This document shows positions 1 to 10,184 of a DNA stretch of 64,000 bases, piece by piece. The stretch is taken from the NCBI GenBank assembly GCA_051546255.1, contig CP128815.1, forward strand, positions 868,001 through 932,000. The letters are read 5' to 3'. Below the pieces are notes generated by a model, which made no database searches, was not told the origin of the DNA, and was given only the letters and a program-made list of their open reading frames with translations. Within the stretch, counting starts at the first letter, position 1. Each line of letters starts with the position of its first letter. Origin of the DNA: Meyerozyma guilliermondii (Eukaryota). A program made the position numbers and the translations under genes.

Positions 1-882
1 GGACTGATGACTGTATAGATCCTTTTCAACGTCAATATTCTTCACTGTCTTGAGAGCAAAGACTAATTCAGGATGCAATTCTATTGATTTGTCCAAAGGA
101 AGAGTGGTGGCCGGACGAGAAGCAGTTAAGGTTTCTATAGCTTCCACCTGGTTCTTGTAGAAGTCAGCCAGCTTAAGTGCTGACACCATGGTCTTTATCA
201 GAGGACGACTGGACTGATCCGCTAGTATTACCTGCTTCAGTTCGAGCTCTTCAACAGGATCATGGAGTTGTGGGGGAATGGGTATCAAATCAGTGCATTG
301 ACTCTCCAAATCTTCGTAGGCTTTGTCTGTGTATGGTTTCAAGTGTCTGATAAATTTGGAGTTCCTAGAAGTAATTATTTTAAGCAATTGATCACTCAGT
401 AGATTTTGTAACGACAAGTCTGCCGTGGATAAGAAAAATCCAGTTTCAGGTTTATCCTTTTCAACTTTTCTGCGTTTTATCTTGGCACCCTTTACTTTCG
501 AACCAATGCCGTGGAATTTAGTATCTCGAAAATCAAATATGAGCAATTGTTTCGAGACAGTTTCGGGCTCGTATGTAGATTCACTGACTTTTGTCAGTTT
601 GTATCCATGGCTCCAGCTATACTCCACTTTTTCAGCAAATGACAAAAGCACCTGATTTTCATCGACATAGCGGTACGCAACGTCTCCCTGTGGTAGAATA
701 TGAGTAATCACAGCCAAATCAAGTTGGGTTATATTGGGAAGAAACTTTTGGATTGTTTCGAAAGTAGGGATTGTAGTACGGGAATGCGATGCTAGAAATG
801 TCAAGTGGGTATTGAGGACCTTGAAGAGTCCATAGAGACGCTTGAAGCCACCTGAGAGCTCGTTTTCATCATTATCATTCAT
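1..882 (-). CDS. HRQ1: RecQ4-like DNA helicase Hrq1, 5' part (runs off window start)
   Basis: Not in ORF track (no stop inside window). Manual translation from ATG 882: MNDNDENELSGGFKRLYGLFKVLNTHLTFL..IPTFETI..YRYVDENQ..QLLIFDF..KDLYSHQS, matching the yeast Hrq1 N-terminus up to the YSHQ motif. Confidence 0.85.
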   Translation of the reverse strand, partial: MNDNDENELSGGFKRLYGLFKVLNTHLTFLASHSRTTIPTFETIQKFLPNITQLDLAVITHILPQGDVAYRYVDENQVLLSFAEKVEYSWSHGYKLTKVSESTYEPETVSKQLLIFDFRDTKFHGIGSKVKGAKIKRRKVEKDKPETGFFLSTADLSLQNLLSDQLLKIITSRNSKFIRHLKPYTDKAYEDLESQCTDLIPIPPQLHDPVEELELKQVILADQSSRPLIKTMVSALKLADFYKNQVEAIETLTASRPATTLPLDKSIELHPELVFALKTVKNIDVEKDLYSHQS

Positions 883-920
883 GTAGCTCCGATAAGATCA
901 GTGCTCATCTTTTGGAAACT

Positions 921-936
921 GTCGCGTTTTCGCGAC
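921..936. promoter_or_regulatory. MCB/SCB-like inverted element GTCGCG-TTTT-CGCGAC upstream of HRQ1
   Basis: Contains CGCGAAA and ACGCGA on the minus strand, ~40 bp upstream of a DNA-repair gene ATG. Confidence 0.4.
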
Positions 937-1085
937 ATAAAAACGACACCGTGCCGCAGCCAAAGGTTGCTGCTTCTGACGCAGGAACAAATTGAGTTTA
1001 TTTGCTGCTTTTAACGCACGAGTAATTGAATTTATTATAAGTCACCTGTCGAGACTTCTCATTTTATCAGATTGAAACCGTTAAA

Positions 1086-2585
1086 ATGTTTGATAAACTC
1101 AAGTTAAAGTCAAAAGGCTCTTCAATTACTGCCGCAGATCCTGTGGTTAAAGCCGGAGCCGAACCCACCAAGAAGCTGATCTACCAATCACGTAGAAACT
1201 TTGGAGTCAACATTGGTGCTTGTTTTGTACTTGAAAAGTGGATTTTCCATGAACTATTCCCAGAAGGAACAGATTGCGAGTTAGATGCTGTCACAAAGGT
1301 TGTTAAAGATAAGGGTAAAGACGGTGCTCGTGAGGCATTCGAGAACCATTGGATCGACTTTATGAATGATGACGACTGGAAATGGCTTCAGGAGCACAAG
1401 GTCACATCAATCAGAGTTCCATTGGGATACTGGGAAGTTGATGGTGGCAAGTTTACCAATGGCACAAGGTTTAGTAAAGTGAAAGATGTCTACCAGAATG
1501 CATGGAAAATCTTCAAGGAGAAATTCGTCGAGCCAGCTGGTAGCCACGGCATTTCTGTGCTAGTTGATATCCACGGTCTTCCCAATGGAGCCAATGGAAA
1601 TGACCATAGTGGGGAGAAATCGGGTGGAGAGGCTGGATTTTGGAATAGCCAAGACATGCAATTGTTGGTATGCGATATGCTTCGCTTCATTGCCAAAGAC
1701 TTGAAGAAGTATGACAACATATGTGGCATACAAATAGTCAATGAGTCGGAATTTGCTAACAATCCTAAACGGCAAGAACGTTACTATGCTGCCGCAATTA
1801 ATCTGATTAGAGAACACGACAAAGATATCCCCGTTGTTATCTCTGACGGATGGTGGCCCGACCAGTGGGCAAAGTGGGTCCAGAGTAATCAAGGTGAGGG
1901 CCAGTCTTTGGGAGTCGTTATTGACCATCATTGTTATAGATGTTTTTCTGACGACGACAAGAAGAAATCTCCCAGACAAATCACCGAGGATTTGGATAAA
2001 GATTTGCTCACGAATCTCAACAATAATGGCGAAGGCGTCGATTTGATGGTTGGAGAGTATTCTTGTGTAATTGACGGGGAGTCATGGAAACGGGACGGTG
2101 CGCAAGACCAGAGGGACAATCTCGTTGTAGATTATGGGCGCAAACAGTCCACATTATTGAGTCAACGAGCAACATTTGGTAGCTATTTCTGGACTTACAA
2201 GTTCCAATCGGGAAATGGAGGTGAGTGGGACTTCAAAACGATGGTTAACAAGGGAGCAATTGAGCCCTTAACTGTGAGAGACAGTGTTCCAGATGAGAAT
2301 ATCAGAAACGAAAGATTGGATCAGGTATTCAAGGCACACTGTGACTATTGGAACAATGAAAATCCCAAAGAAAAGTACGAGCATGATCGTTACAAGCAAG
2401 GGTTTGAAGCTGCCTGGAACGATGCCACTGCGTTCGCCAAGTTTAATGGATCTACCATTGGCCGTGTCTACCCATGGAAAATCGCACGCTTACAAGAACA
2501 TATCAAGAAACATGGCAGTCTGAAACACTTGTGGGAGTTTGAACAAGGGTATCAGGCTGGTTTGGTTGAATTTGCAAATAGCTAG
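1086..2585 (+). CDS. GH5 glycoside hydrolase (exo-1,3-beta-glucanase-like, YBR056W-type), no signal peptide
   Basis: GVNIGACFVLEKWI, SIRVPLGYW, DIHGLP, IVNE (acid/base), DHHCY, VGEYS (nucleophile), FWTYK. Confidence 0.85.
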   Translation: MFDKLKLKSKGSSITAADPVVKAGAEPTKKLIYQSRRNFGVNIGACFVLEKWIFHELFPEGTDCELDAVTKVVKDKGKDGAREAFENHWIDFMNDDDWKWLQEHKVTSIRVPLGYWEVDGGKFTNGTRFSKVKDVYQNAWKIFKEKFVEPAGSHGISVLVDIHGLPNGANGNDHSGEKSGGEAGFWNSQDMQLLVCDMLRFIAKDLKKYDNICGIQIVNESEFANNPKRQERYYAAAINLIREHDKDIPVVISDGWWPDQWAKWVQSNQGEGQSLGVVIDHHCYRCFSDDDKKKSPRQITEDLDKDLLTNLNNNGEGVDLMVGEYSCVIDGESWKRDGAQDQRDNLVVDYGRKQSTLLSQRATFGSYFWTYKFQSGNGGEWDFKTMVNKGAIEPLTVRDSVPDENIRNERLDQVFKAHCDYWNNENPKEKYEHDRYKQGFEAAWNDATAFAKFNGSTIGRVYPWKIARLQEHIKKHGSLKHLWEFEQGYQAGLVEFANS

Positions 2586-2715
2586 CTTTATGATCTAAAT
2601 GCACATTTTCACTCTTTATAATTTGCAGCCAATATCGAGAATTTTCTGGTGTGTGGATTCTATCACTCGCCTCCGCATTTATTACTTATTGCTTATGGTT
2701 CAAACAATATAAAAG

Positions 2716-5355
2716 ATGACTTCGGAAGTAGCCAGGCTTCGAAATGATGAAGAACTACGACAAGTCGCCACTAAGATGGCTCAAAAACTCTTATTTCACA
2801 CCAAGAAACTATCATCTTTATTGAGTTATGTGATCTCATTATTGGAAGTGTTCAAGAAAGAAATACAAAGGAATTCCAAACTAGGGTACTGTGACTATGA
2901 ACTAGCGTTTGTATGTTATCAAGCCGCTGGTGTATTGTGTAAGGAGTGTGAAAAACAGGATAAAAACAGTGATTTGGTGAAAGCAACCAGGGATACTTAC
3001 AACCTCAAGAATAACGATTATGCTACTATTTCAGCAGTTTTAGAAGTATCGGACAATCATCCACAGAAAAATGTTGGTAATGGATTAGATCTAGAAGCGG
3101 ATTTGTTAGCCCGTTTTCAAAACTTAAAATCACTGTCTTCAGATAGTTTTGCGACTAAAGCGAGTGATGAGTCTCGACTTATCTCTGGGGATATACCACT
3201 AATAGATTACGCCAAATTCAAGGGATGTGTAACGGCGTCTGAGTTACATGACTTGATAAGATCATTCAAGATACTTTTGATCGATTTCCGTGCTTCTAAA
3301 GACCACAATCATAATCATATTAATTACCCCGAGATTGTGAACATTGAGCCTTCGCAAGTTAACAATTTGATTGCACAGGTTCCCAACTGCTCCGATGTCG
3401 ACTTGGAGCAAAAGTTGTCGCATATAATCCCCGACGCTCATCTTGCACGCCTCAAAAAAAGAACATCTTATGACTTGGTTGTGATATACAATTTCAACTT
3501 TGGTCCGACAGGTGCTAATCCCAATAGGTTCGATGCATTGTGCGAGAGAGTGATAGCTGGCTCTCGCGATAGAATTTCTTCCACACCTTTCGATGAACTA
3601 ATTGATATACTAATGTTCCGCAACAAGTTTCCAGGACACACATTATCCCGCTACCCTTGCTATCTTGCGGGCGGCGTGAGTAATTGGTTTGAGGTTTTTG
3701 GTAAGGATTCTATCACTAGAACGATCAAAGATCCAGTACTTCAAAGACCACCAGCAAGTTTTTCCCGTGAAGGGAGCACAAATTCTATACCAGCAAGAAA
3801 GCCAAGTTTGAAACCAGTCGACGAAGGACAACATACGTCACCATATCTCAAAAACTTTGGTGATTACTTATCCACAGTTAAAAGTGGAAGCCTGCGACCC
3901 GTTGAGCCTTCTTTTAGCCTGATCACTACTACGCAATCTGTCCCTTCAAAGGCTTCCTCAAGTTCAAGTGTATCAATCCCCGTCAATCCCAGACCCACCC
4001 AGACTGTACTGGCTCCAAAAGCCCCATCGAGGAAGCCATCCCTGAGCAATAATGTGGGTGCATCATACCAGCCGAAATCAAGTCCACTGTCTTCCTCTAG
4101 CAGTTCGCTGATGACACAGGATACTACAACATTTTTGGAGCAGTATACTACGGGATTGACCAATCTTGGAAATTCTTGCTATATGAATTGCATATTACAA
4201 TGCCTAGGTGCAACTCCTCAATTAACTGGATTTTTCTTTCCTAGTTTGAGTACCAGTGCTAGTCTTGAGAATTCATCTGTGCAATCTTACAGACAGCATA
4301 TCAATGTGAACAATCGACTCGGCACCAAAGGAATATTGACAACCAACTTTGTTACACTATTAAAAAATATGTTTGCAAGTACTGGTGCCTACTTTACACC
4401 TCTGGAGTTCAAGAGAGTAATGGGCTCTTTATCCCCATCCAAGCAGTTTGCCACGTACGACCAGCAAGATTGCATTGAGTTTTTGGAATTTTTGTTGGAC
4501 AGGCTTCATGAAGATTTAAATCAAATGGTGATTTCCGATCCCGAAGAAAAACGGGCTATCAGTGAACTTACTCCAGAGCAGGAGAAGACGCGAGAAATAT
4601 TACCGGTTCGTTTGGCCTCAACAATTGAGTGGGAGAGGTACTTGAAGCTAAATTTTTCAATCATTGTGGATTTCTTTCAAGGTCAATACTCTTCGCAATT
4701 GAGGTGCTTAATTTGCGGCGCCACATCAACGACATACAACGCCTTTCTGATTCTTTCACTACCTATACCAACTCGCCTTGGGAGTTCTCCACCCGTACTA
4801 CTGCTAGATGATTGCTTGGATGCATTTGTGACCACAGAGCTTTTGGACGATGACAATAAGTGGTTCTGTCCGCAATGCAAGAAACGCACAAAACTGACAA
4901 AGAAATTGACCATTACCAGATTACCCCAGGTTTTGATTGTTCACTTCAAAAGGTTCAAGATCTCTCCAACAGGACAGTTTAGTAAGTTGGACACCTTCAT
5001 AAAATATCCTGTGAATCAAGTTCTAGATTTGACATCCTATTGGCCGCCAGTCGGCACATCCGTGAATGAATCGATGGCAAGTTCTGAGGTCATGCTGGTC
5101 GAAAGGGAACAGCAGGTACTTAGCACACTTCCCACGCGAAACCAGGTACCTCCCTTCAGATACAAGTTGTTTGGAGTTGCAAATCATTTTGGTAACCTTA
5201 CCACCGGACATTATACATCTTATGTTCGCAAGAAGAGCGATGCAAAGAAGACTCGTGAGTGGTGCTACTTTGATGATTCGAAAGTTACCTATAACTGTAA
5301 GGAGTCCCAGGTTTTAAACAAGAATGCGTACTGCCTTTTCTATCAAAGAATATAG
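2716..5355 (+). CDS. DOA4: Ubiquitin-specific protease (rhodanese-like + C19 peptidase)
   Basis: Cys box GLTNLGNSCYMNCILQCL, QQDCIEF, His box HFGNLTTGHYTSYV, FDDSKV; neighbours OCA6/DOS2 as around S. cerevisiae DOA4. Confidence 0.85.
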   Translation: MTSEVARLRNDEELRQVATKMAQKLLFHTKKLSSLLSYVISLLEVFKKEIQRNSKLGYCDYELAFVCYQAAGVLCKECEKQDKNSDLVKATRDTYNLKNNDYATISAVLEVSDNHPQKNVGNGLDLEADLLARFQNLKSLSSDSFATKASDESRLISGDIPLIDYAKFKGCVTASELHDLIRSFKILLIDFRASKDHNHNHINYPEIVNIEPSQVNNLIAQVPNCSDVDLEQKLSHIIPDAHLARLKKRTSYDLVVIYNFNFGPTGANPNRFDALCERVIAGSRDRISSTPFDELIDILMFRNKFPGHTLSRYPCYLAGGVSNWFEVFGKDSITRTIKDPVLQRPPASFSREGSTNSIPARKPSLKPVDEGQHTSPYLKNFGDYLSTVKSGSLRPVEPSFSLITTTQSVPSKASSSSSVSIPVNPRPTQTVLAPKAPSRKPSLSNNVGASYQPKSSPLSSSSSSLMTQDTTTFLEQYTTGLTNLGNSCYMNCILQCLGATPQLTGFFFPSLSTSASLENSSVQSYRQHINVNNRLGTKGILTTNFVTLLKNMFASTGAYFTPLEFKRVMGSLSPSKQFATYDQQDCIEFLEFLLDRLHEDLNQMVISDPEEKRAISELTPEQEKTREILPVRLASTIEWERYLKLNFSIIVDFFQGQYSSQLRCLICGATSTTYNAFLILSLPIPTRLGSSPPVLLLDDCLDAFVTTELLDDDNKWFCPQCKKRTKLTKKLTITRLPQVLIVHFKRFKISPTGQFSKLDTFIKYPVNQVLDLTSYWPPVGTSVNESMASSEVMLVEREQQVLSTLPTRNQVPPFRYKLFGVANHFGNLTTGHYTSYVRKKSDAKKTREWCYFDDSKVTYNCKESQVLNKNAYCLFYQRI

Positions 5356-5384
5356 AAGCCAATAAATTGCATGTAGAATTGAAT

Positions 5385-5990
5385 TTAAGTATGTGGCAAT
5401 GCATCAAGCTGGGTGACATGTATGCTCGGATGGTGTCCGACGACCCCTTTACTCATTCCAGCCCATAACCACTCGACTTTATCTTGATTATTCACTTCGA
5501 TGTTACCTTCAAATCCTTCCACAAAAGCTCGATCGTTAAGTGTGATATTAGTAGCAAAGTTGATAAACTCATTGAAAATTGCTATTGACGACCAGAATTG
5601 TAGTTTACGAAGACACGCAACAACCAAGCTCGTTGTCTGACTTCCATTTAAACAATGGATATATACGGGTCCATAGCTTGAATGTATCATATAATGAAGA
5701 GCATCTAGTACAGTCGAATAGCCCACTGGAACACCTCTTTTCTTTCCCTTGCCCAGTTTATCACATTTGAGATGTATTAGGGTGATATTGTTCTTTTTGG
5801 CAAAGTTATATAGCTTTGTATCAGATTCTAATGTGACTGGATCTGGTGTTAATGAAAGTATTGTTCTTAATTGTAACGTTTCCAAAAACTCAAAATTCAC
5901 CTCACGTGGATATGCCCCTCTGTATATGTATGGCTGCACAGCATTGAACTTTATAGGTGGTATTAATGGCAGGGGAAGATTGTAAGTCAT
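5385..5990 (-). CDS. OCA6: Oca6 tyrosine-phosphatase-like protein
   Basis: VQPYIYRGAYPREVNFEFL, ILSLTPDP, HCLNG, LVVACLRKLQFWS..IFNEF. Confidence 0.9.
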   Translation of the reverse strand: MTYNLPLPLIPPIKFNAVQPYIYRGAYPREVNFEFLETLQLRTILSLTPDPVTLESDTKLYNFAKKNNITLIHLKCDKLGKGKKRGVPVGYSTVLDALHYMIHSSYGPVYIHCLNGSQTTSLVVACLRKLQFWSSIAIFNEFINFATNITLNDRAFVEGFEGNIEVNNQDKVEWLWAGMSKGVVGHHPSIHVTQLDALPHT

Positions 5991-6078
5991 GTTCGGTCAA
6001 GATCTGAAGAGGAGGATTTGATGAGAGAGATACTGTATATAGCCAGGATAGGATGCAACATATTATTATCTACGGAAA

Positions 6079-7749
6079 TTACATTAATCTGGGTTTCTTG
6101 CAATCCTCAACGTTGGTAGCAATGACGTCCTCAATGGACATTCTTGGTGCGACACCAGGAATGGGCGATCCGCCAGCAATCCCGCTTGAAAACTTGAGAA
6201 AAATTTCCTCTCCAAGTTCATCAATCTTCTTCAACACATAGTCCAAATCTTCCTTAGTCAAAGCTGCACTAACACAGAATCTGGCTCTAGCACTGATAAG
6301 AGGAGTGGCAGGATAACTGACAATAACGACAGCAATGCCCACGTCATACATTGCACGCGAGAAAGCTGCCATCTTGGCGGGAAGGAACAAGAGCATTGGA
6401 ATGACTGGAGAATCATCAGCTCCATAAACGATGAAACCCAATTTCTTTAATCCCAAACGCAAGTATCTTGAGTTGAATGCAATTCTTTGTAATCTCTCGG
6501 CACCTTCGCCTGGATTTATTGTTCCTTTGATGACATTCAATGATGACATGATTTGTCCCAAAACTGGGGGTGGAATCGACTCCGCATAGACATTGGTTAT
6601 ATAGTCCAATCTCAACCGGTCAATGACAACCTTGTCAGCAGCAATGTAGCCACCAGTAGCGCCAAACGACTTGGTAAAGGTTCCCATCAAAACATCAATA
6701 TCAGATGGAGGAATCGAGAAATAATCACAAACACCTCTACCACCGGGTCCCAAGGCACCAATAGAATGAGCTTCATCCACAAATAAATAGCATTTGTACT
6801 TGTTTTTCAATTTGACCAAGTCAGGAAGGTTGCACATGTTACCTTCCATGGAGTATAAACCTTCCACTGCAATGACGATTTTCTTCCATGGACGATGTGT
6901 CCTAGGTTGACCTTGAGCTATTTGCTCCCGCAACAACTTTTCCAAGTTCGCTATATCATTGTGTCGGAACACTTTGACTGAAGCACCTGAAATTCTAATT
7001 CCGAAACGAATCGAGGCATGATTTAATTCATCACTGATTACCAAACATTTGGAATCAACCAAAGAGGCGAAAAAGTTAGCATTAGTTCCATAACCTTGAC
7101 TTACCACGATAGCATCTTCCTTGCCAACGAAATCAGCTACAATCTTTTCACACTCCTTGTGCAAATCACTGGTTCCGCAAATATTTCTTGCAGAGCAACC
7201 CGAAGTTCCATAATCGTCTACCGTCTTTTTGGATATATCCGTACAGACACCGTGAGACTGGCCAAATCCCAAGTAATTATATGACAGCAAATTAAGGCAG
7301 TCTCTCATTTTTCCAGAGTACTTGTAACCTGTCCTTCCGAATCTTGTTCTCTCAAAACACTTTACATGACGACCAGGAGCACCATGAATTGGTCTTGCAA
7401 AGCAGTCATCAATTCTGGTCTTCAACCGACGCACATAAAAGCTCTCAAATCCATCATACCAAGGAGCGTACCCGTCATGTTCAACCAAGTCTTCATAATC
7501 TTGAGGCTTGAAAATCTTTCCAAAGAAATCACGGACATGTCCAATAATAATTAATATACCGTAACTGATGTAAGTGGCAAGAAAGATCACATACGGAGGT
7601 TCGTCATCGATAGGAGTAGGTAAAGGCTCTCCAACTGGATGCTTAGAAACGTATAAATATTCTTTAGACGTTAATTTTCCAAACTCCATGTCTGCCAACT
7701 CATCATCAGACCTTTCATCTGGTGGAGCATTTGGAATGGTGGTCGACAT
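6079..7749 (-). CDS. LCB2: Serine palmitoyltransferase subunit 2
   Basis: SYNYLGF, DELNHASI, VEGLYSMEG, DEAHSIG, PLP-lysine motif GTFTKSFG. Confidence 0.97.
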   Translation of the reverse strand: MSTTIPNAPPDERSDDELADMEFGKLTSKEYLYVSKHPVGEPLPTPIDDEPPYVIFLATYISYGILIIIGHVRDFFGKIFKPQDYEDLVEHDGYAPWYDGFESFYVRRLKTRIDDCFARPIHGAPGRHVKCFERTRFGRTGYKYSGKMRDCLNLLSYNYLGFGQSHGVCTDISKKTVDDYGTSGCSARNICGTSDLHKECEKIVADFVGKEDAIVVSQGYGTNANFFASLVDSKCLVISDELNHASIRFGIRISGASVKVFRHNDIANLEKLLREQIAQGQPRTHRPWKKIVIAVEGLYSMEGNMCNLPDLVKLKNKYKCYLFVDEAHSIGALGPGGRGVCDYFSIPPSDIDVLMGTFTKSFGATGGYIAADKVVIDRLRLDYITNVYAESIPPPVLGQIMSSLNVIKGTINPGEGAERLQRIAFNSRYLRLGLKKLGFIVYGADDSPVIPMLLFLPAKMAAFSRAMYDVGIAVVIVSYPATPLISARARFCVSAALTKEDLDYVLKKIDELGEEIFLKFSSGIAGGSPIPGVAPRMSIEDVIATNVEDCKKPRLM

Positions 7750-8153
7750 GAGCTTATATGGATCAAGAAACTATCCAAAACACACGATATAAATTATTGA
7801 TAGAATAAGTGCAAAAAATTGACCAGAGTTATATTAGTAGCAACAACAAATCAGCTTTTTCACTCCTAGTTTGATAAAAATGAGTAAAAAGGAGTGAAAG
7901 GAATGTTATTAGGCTGTGAATCTTGCCGCTAACTTTATAACTGATACACTTTGATGGGAATCGAAATGTTGTCTAACAATAAGGTAAATGGCACGTCCAC
8001 AAGAAAGTCACACAAAGCCGCGTTACAAGAAAATAGGAGCAGCTATATGCCGGAGCAGACAATATAACCGCTCGGCTCAAGTGAAATTACAGTCATAGTG
8101 TAGTCTTATGTAGTTTTATGCGGTCTTGTGTAGTCATACGCACCTATTGTGGT

Positions 8154-9776
8154 TTAAGATTTCTTGGCCCATATTTGGTAGCTGCGATGTACATCTCCCG
8201 TGAGTTTGAGAACGTAATCATGTGGTGCAACTTCCCAATCTATATGACCTATGGTTAAGACGGTGCAATCTTGGAGTTCTTGCTCAATAAACCGATGACA
8301 TTGAACCATAACATCTTCGTCATCCATACATGAAAATGCTTCGTCCAAAATCAAGAGTGAAGGGTTCTTGATAACTGCCCGTAAAAACAATGCAAGTTTC
8401 TGATCAGTAACTGATAATTCACCAAAGGGAACGTCACCGTAGATGCTGAGACGGTCCTGGAACCGTTCCATGCTTTTCGGTAATTCTATGGGTTCTTTGG
8501 GCTTGTATAAAAAGTTCGAGTTACCCACGTCCTTGACTAGTCCATTAAGAATAATCTCCATCATCGTCTTCGAAGTGGGTACCAATGCGTGCAACTCAGG
8601 CGAGGACATGCCAATAGCATTGTTAACGTCAAAAAAGTTGGCGCCACTACCACTTTTCCTTAATACCCCGTCGATAGAAAGAACTGATTTCCACAGCTGA
8701 GGATGGTCTGCAGTAATCAACGAGAGTATTGTGGTTTTACCAGTACCGTTGTTACCTAGAATACGCCAGCGAGACCCACGAGGAATACACCAATTGAAAT
8801 TTTGAAGCACGGGTAATCCTTTATAGACAACCGAAGCGTTTTGGAACTGGACATGACATTTTTCGTTTTGAAGCACACTTTGATCGATTTGACGCCATTG
8901 GTGAGCATGGTCCCTCTCATTTTTCTCGTGGATAACAGTTTGTAATTTGACAAATTTGTCTAAATTTTCTTCAACTTTGTCTCGAGCACCGGCAAGAGCC
9001 AAACCATCGTCGTTGACAAATGCCATATGTCCAATCCAATCTGGTACGTCGTCTTGCACTCGTAAACCAAGTATAACACTAGTATGGAGTTCATTAGCAA
9101 CTTTGGCGAGCGACGCACACACAAGCTCAGTAGCTTCTGGATCGAGTCCTAAGAAAGGATCATCTATGACCAACATGTCTGGCTTGTTTATGAGAGACCG
9201 AGCAATCCTTGCCCTTCTCATTTGGCCATTACTTAGTGAATTTATCCATTTTTTCGCCAAATGGGTCAAGTTAAACATCTCTAAAAGCATGTTGGTGAGT
9301 TCATCTGATACACTAGCCGATGTCTTACTGTTATAGTTATTTGCCCCAGTAACGTAGTTTCGTACTGAATTGACATCATCGGTTAATTCATGGTCAGCTT
9401 TACTGCTAAACGACTCGTATCTAGCCGACAAATGGACCTTGTCTAGACCTGAAGATTCACGAAAATTCAAGAATTGAATGCGTTCATGTGGTAGAATTGA
9501 GTATTTTCGGCCCGTTGCTGGCTCAGGAACATATTTCCCAGCTACAATGCTTAGAAAATCTGACTTTCTAGGACCTGTCACTGCCCAAAAGTGAGGATTT
9601 GTGGAACCCGATGTGGAGCTGTTTGGCTTATAAGCTTCAAAATGAGAGATTCGATTGGGAAACACATACTCCTTTCTACGTATGCCTGCCTCGTACACCG
9701 CCCGCTTCTCAAAAAGTGACTGTTCGATCGAGATTAAAGGTTTAGCAGCTGACAAGAGCCTCCGTGTTAAATGCAT
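8154..9776 (-). CDS. ModF-like dual-NBD soluble ABC ATPase (YDR061W-type), probably mitochondrial
   Basis: LSNGQMRR signature, GNNGTGKT Walker A, LLILDEAF Walker B, no TM segments; likely start MHLTRRLLS at 9776. Confidence 0.85.
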   Translation of the reverse strand: MHLTRRLLSAAKPLISIEQSLFEKRAVYEAGIRRKEYVFPNRISHFEAYKPNSSTSGSTNPHFWAVTGPRKSDFLSIVAGKYVPEPATGRKYSILPHERIQFLNFRESSGLDKVHLSARYESFSSKADHELTDDVNSVRNYVTGANNYNSKTSASVSDELTNMLLEMFNLTHLAKKWINSLSNGQMRRARIARSLINKPDMLVIDDPFLGLDPEATELVCASLAKVANELHTSVILGLRVQDDVPDWIGHMAFVNDDGLALAGARDKVEENLDKFVKLQTVIHEKNERDHAHQWRQIDQSVLQNEKCHVQFQNASVVYKGLPVLQNFNWCIPRGSRWRILGNNGTGKTTILSLITADHPQLWKSVLSIDGVLRKSGSGANFFDVNNAIGMSSPELHALVPTSKTMMEIILNGLVKDVGNSNFLYKPKEPIELPKSMERFQDRLSIYGDVPFGELSVTDQKLALFLRAVIKNPSLLILDEAFSCMDDEDVMVQCHRFIEQELQDCTVLTIGHIDWEVAPHDYVLKLTGDVHRSYQIWAKKS

Positions 9777-10184
9777 AAGAAGTATAAATGGTTGCGTGAA
9801 AAATGCAGCATTTCGCGGAGTTGGCGGACAAGCGGATAATTTATTAAGGGCCATTTTTTGAACAGAATGGCTGGGTTTGAGCTCAATGGCAACGGAACAT
9901 GCTAATCTTGGTCAACCTTGCTTATATATCGAATCGATGTACCTCTACTTTACCCTGAAAGAAATGGCTGAAATCATGGTAATTTAGCAGCCAATTTTTT
10001 ATGTATATCTTTCCGTTTTAATTCTTCACGATCCTTTCGTACCGTTAATACTTACCATCGCAAGCTCAATCAACCATCTACATTAGTGTTTTCTTCTACT
10101 TGGGTTCATACTTCTTCAGCTCTATCATAGAACCTGCACACAACCCGACACTATCTCGCTTTCCGCCTGACTTTAATCCCCATC

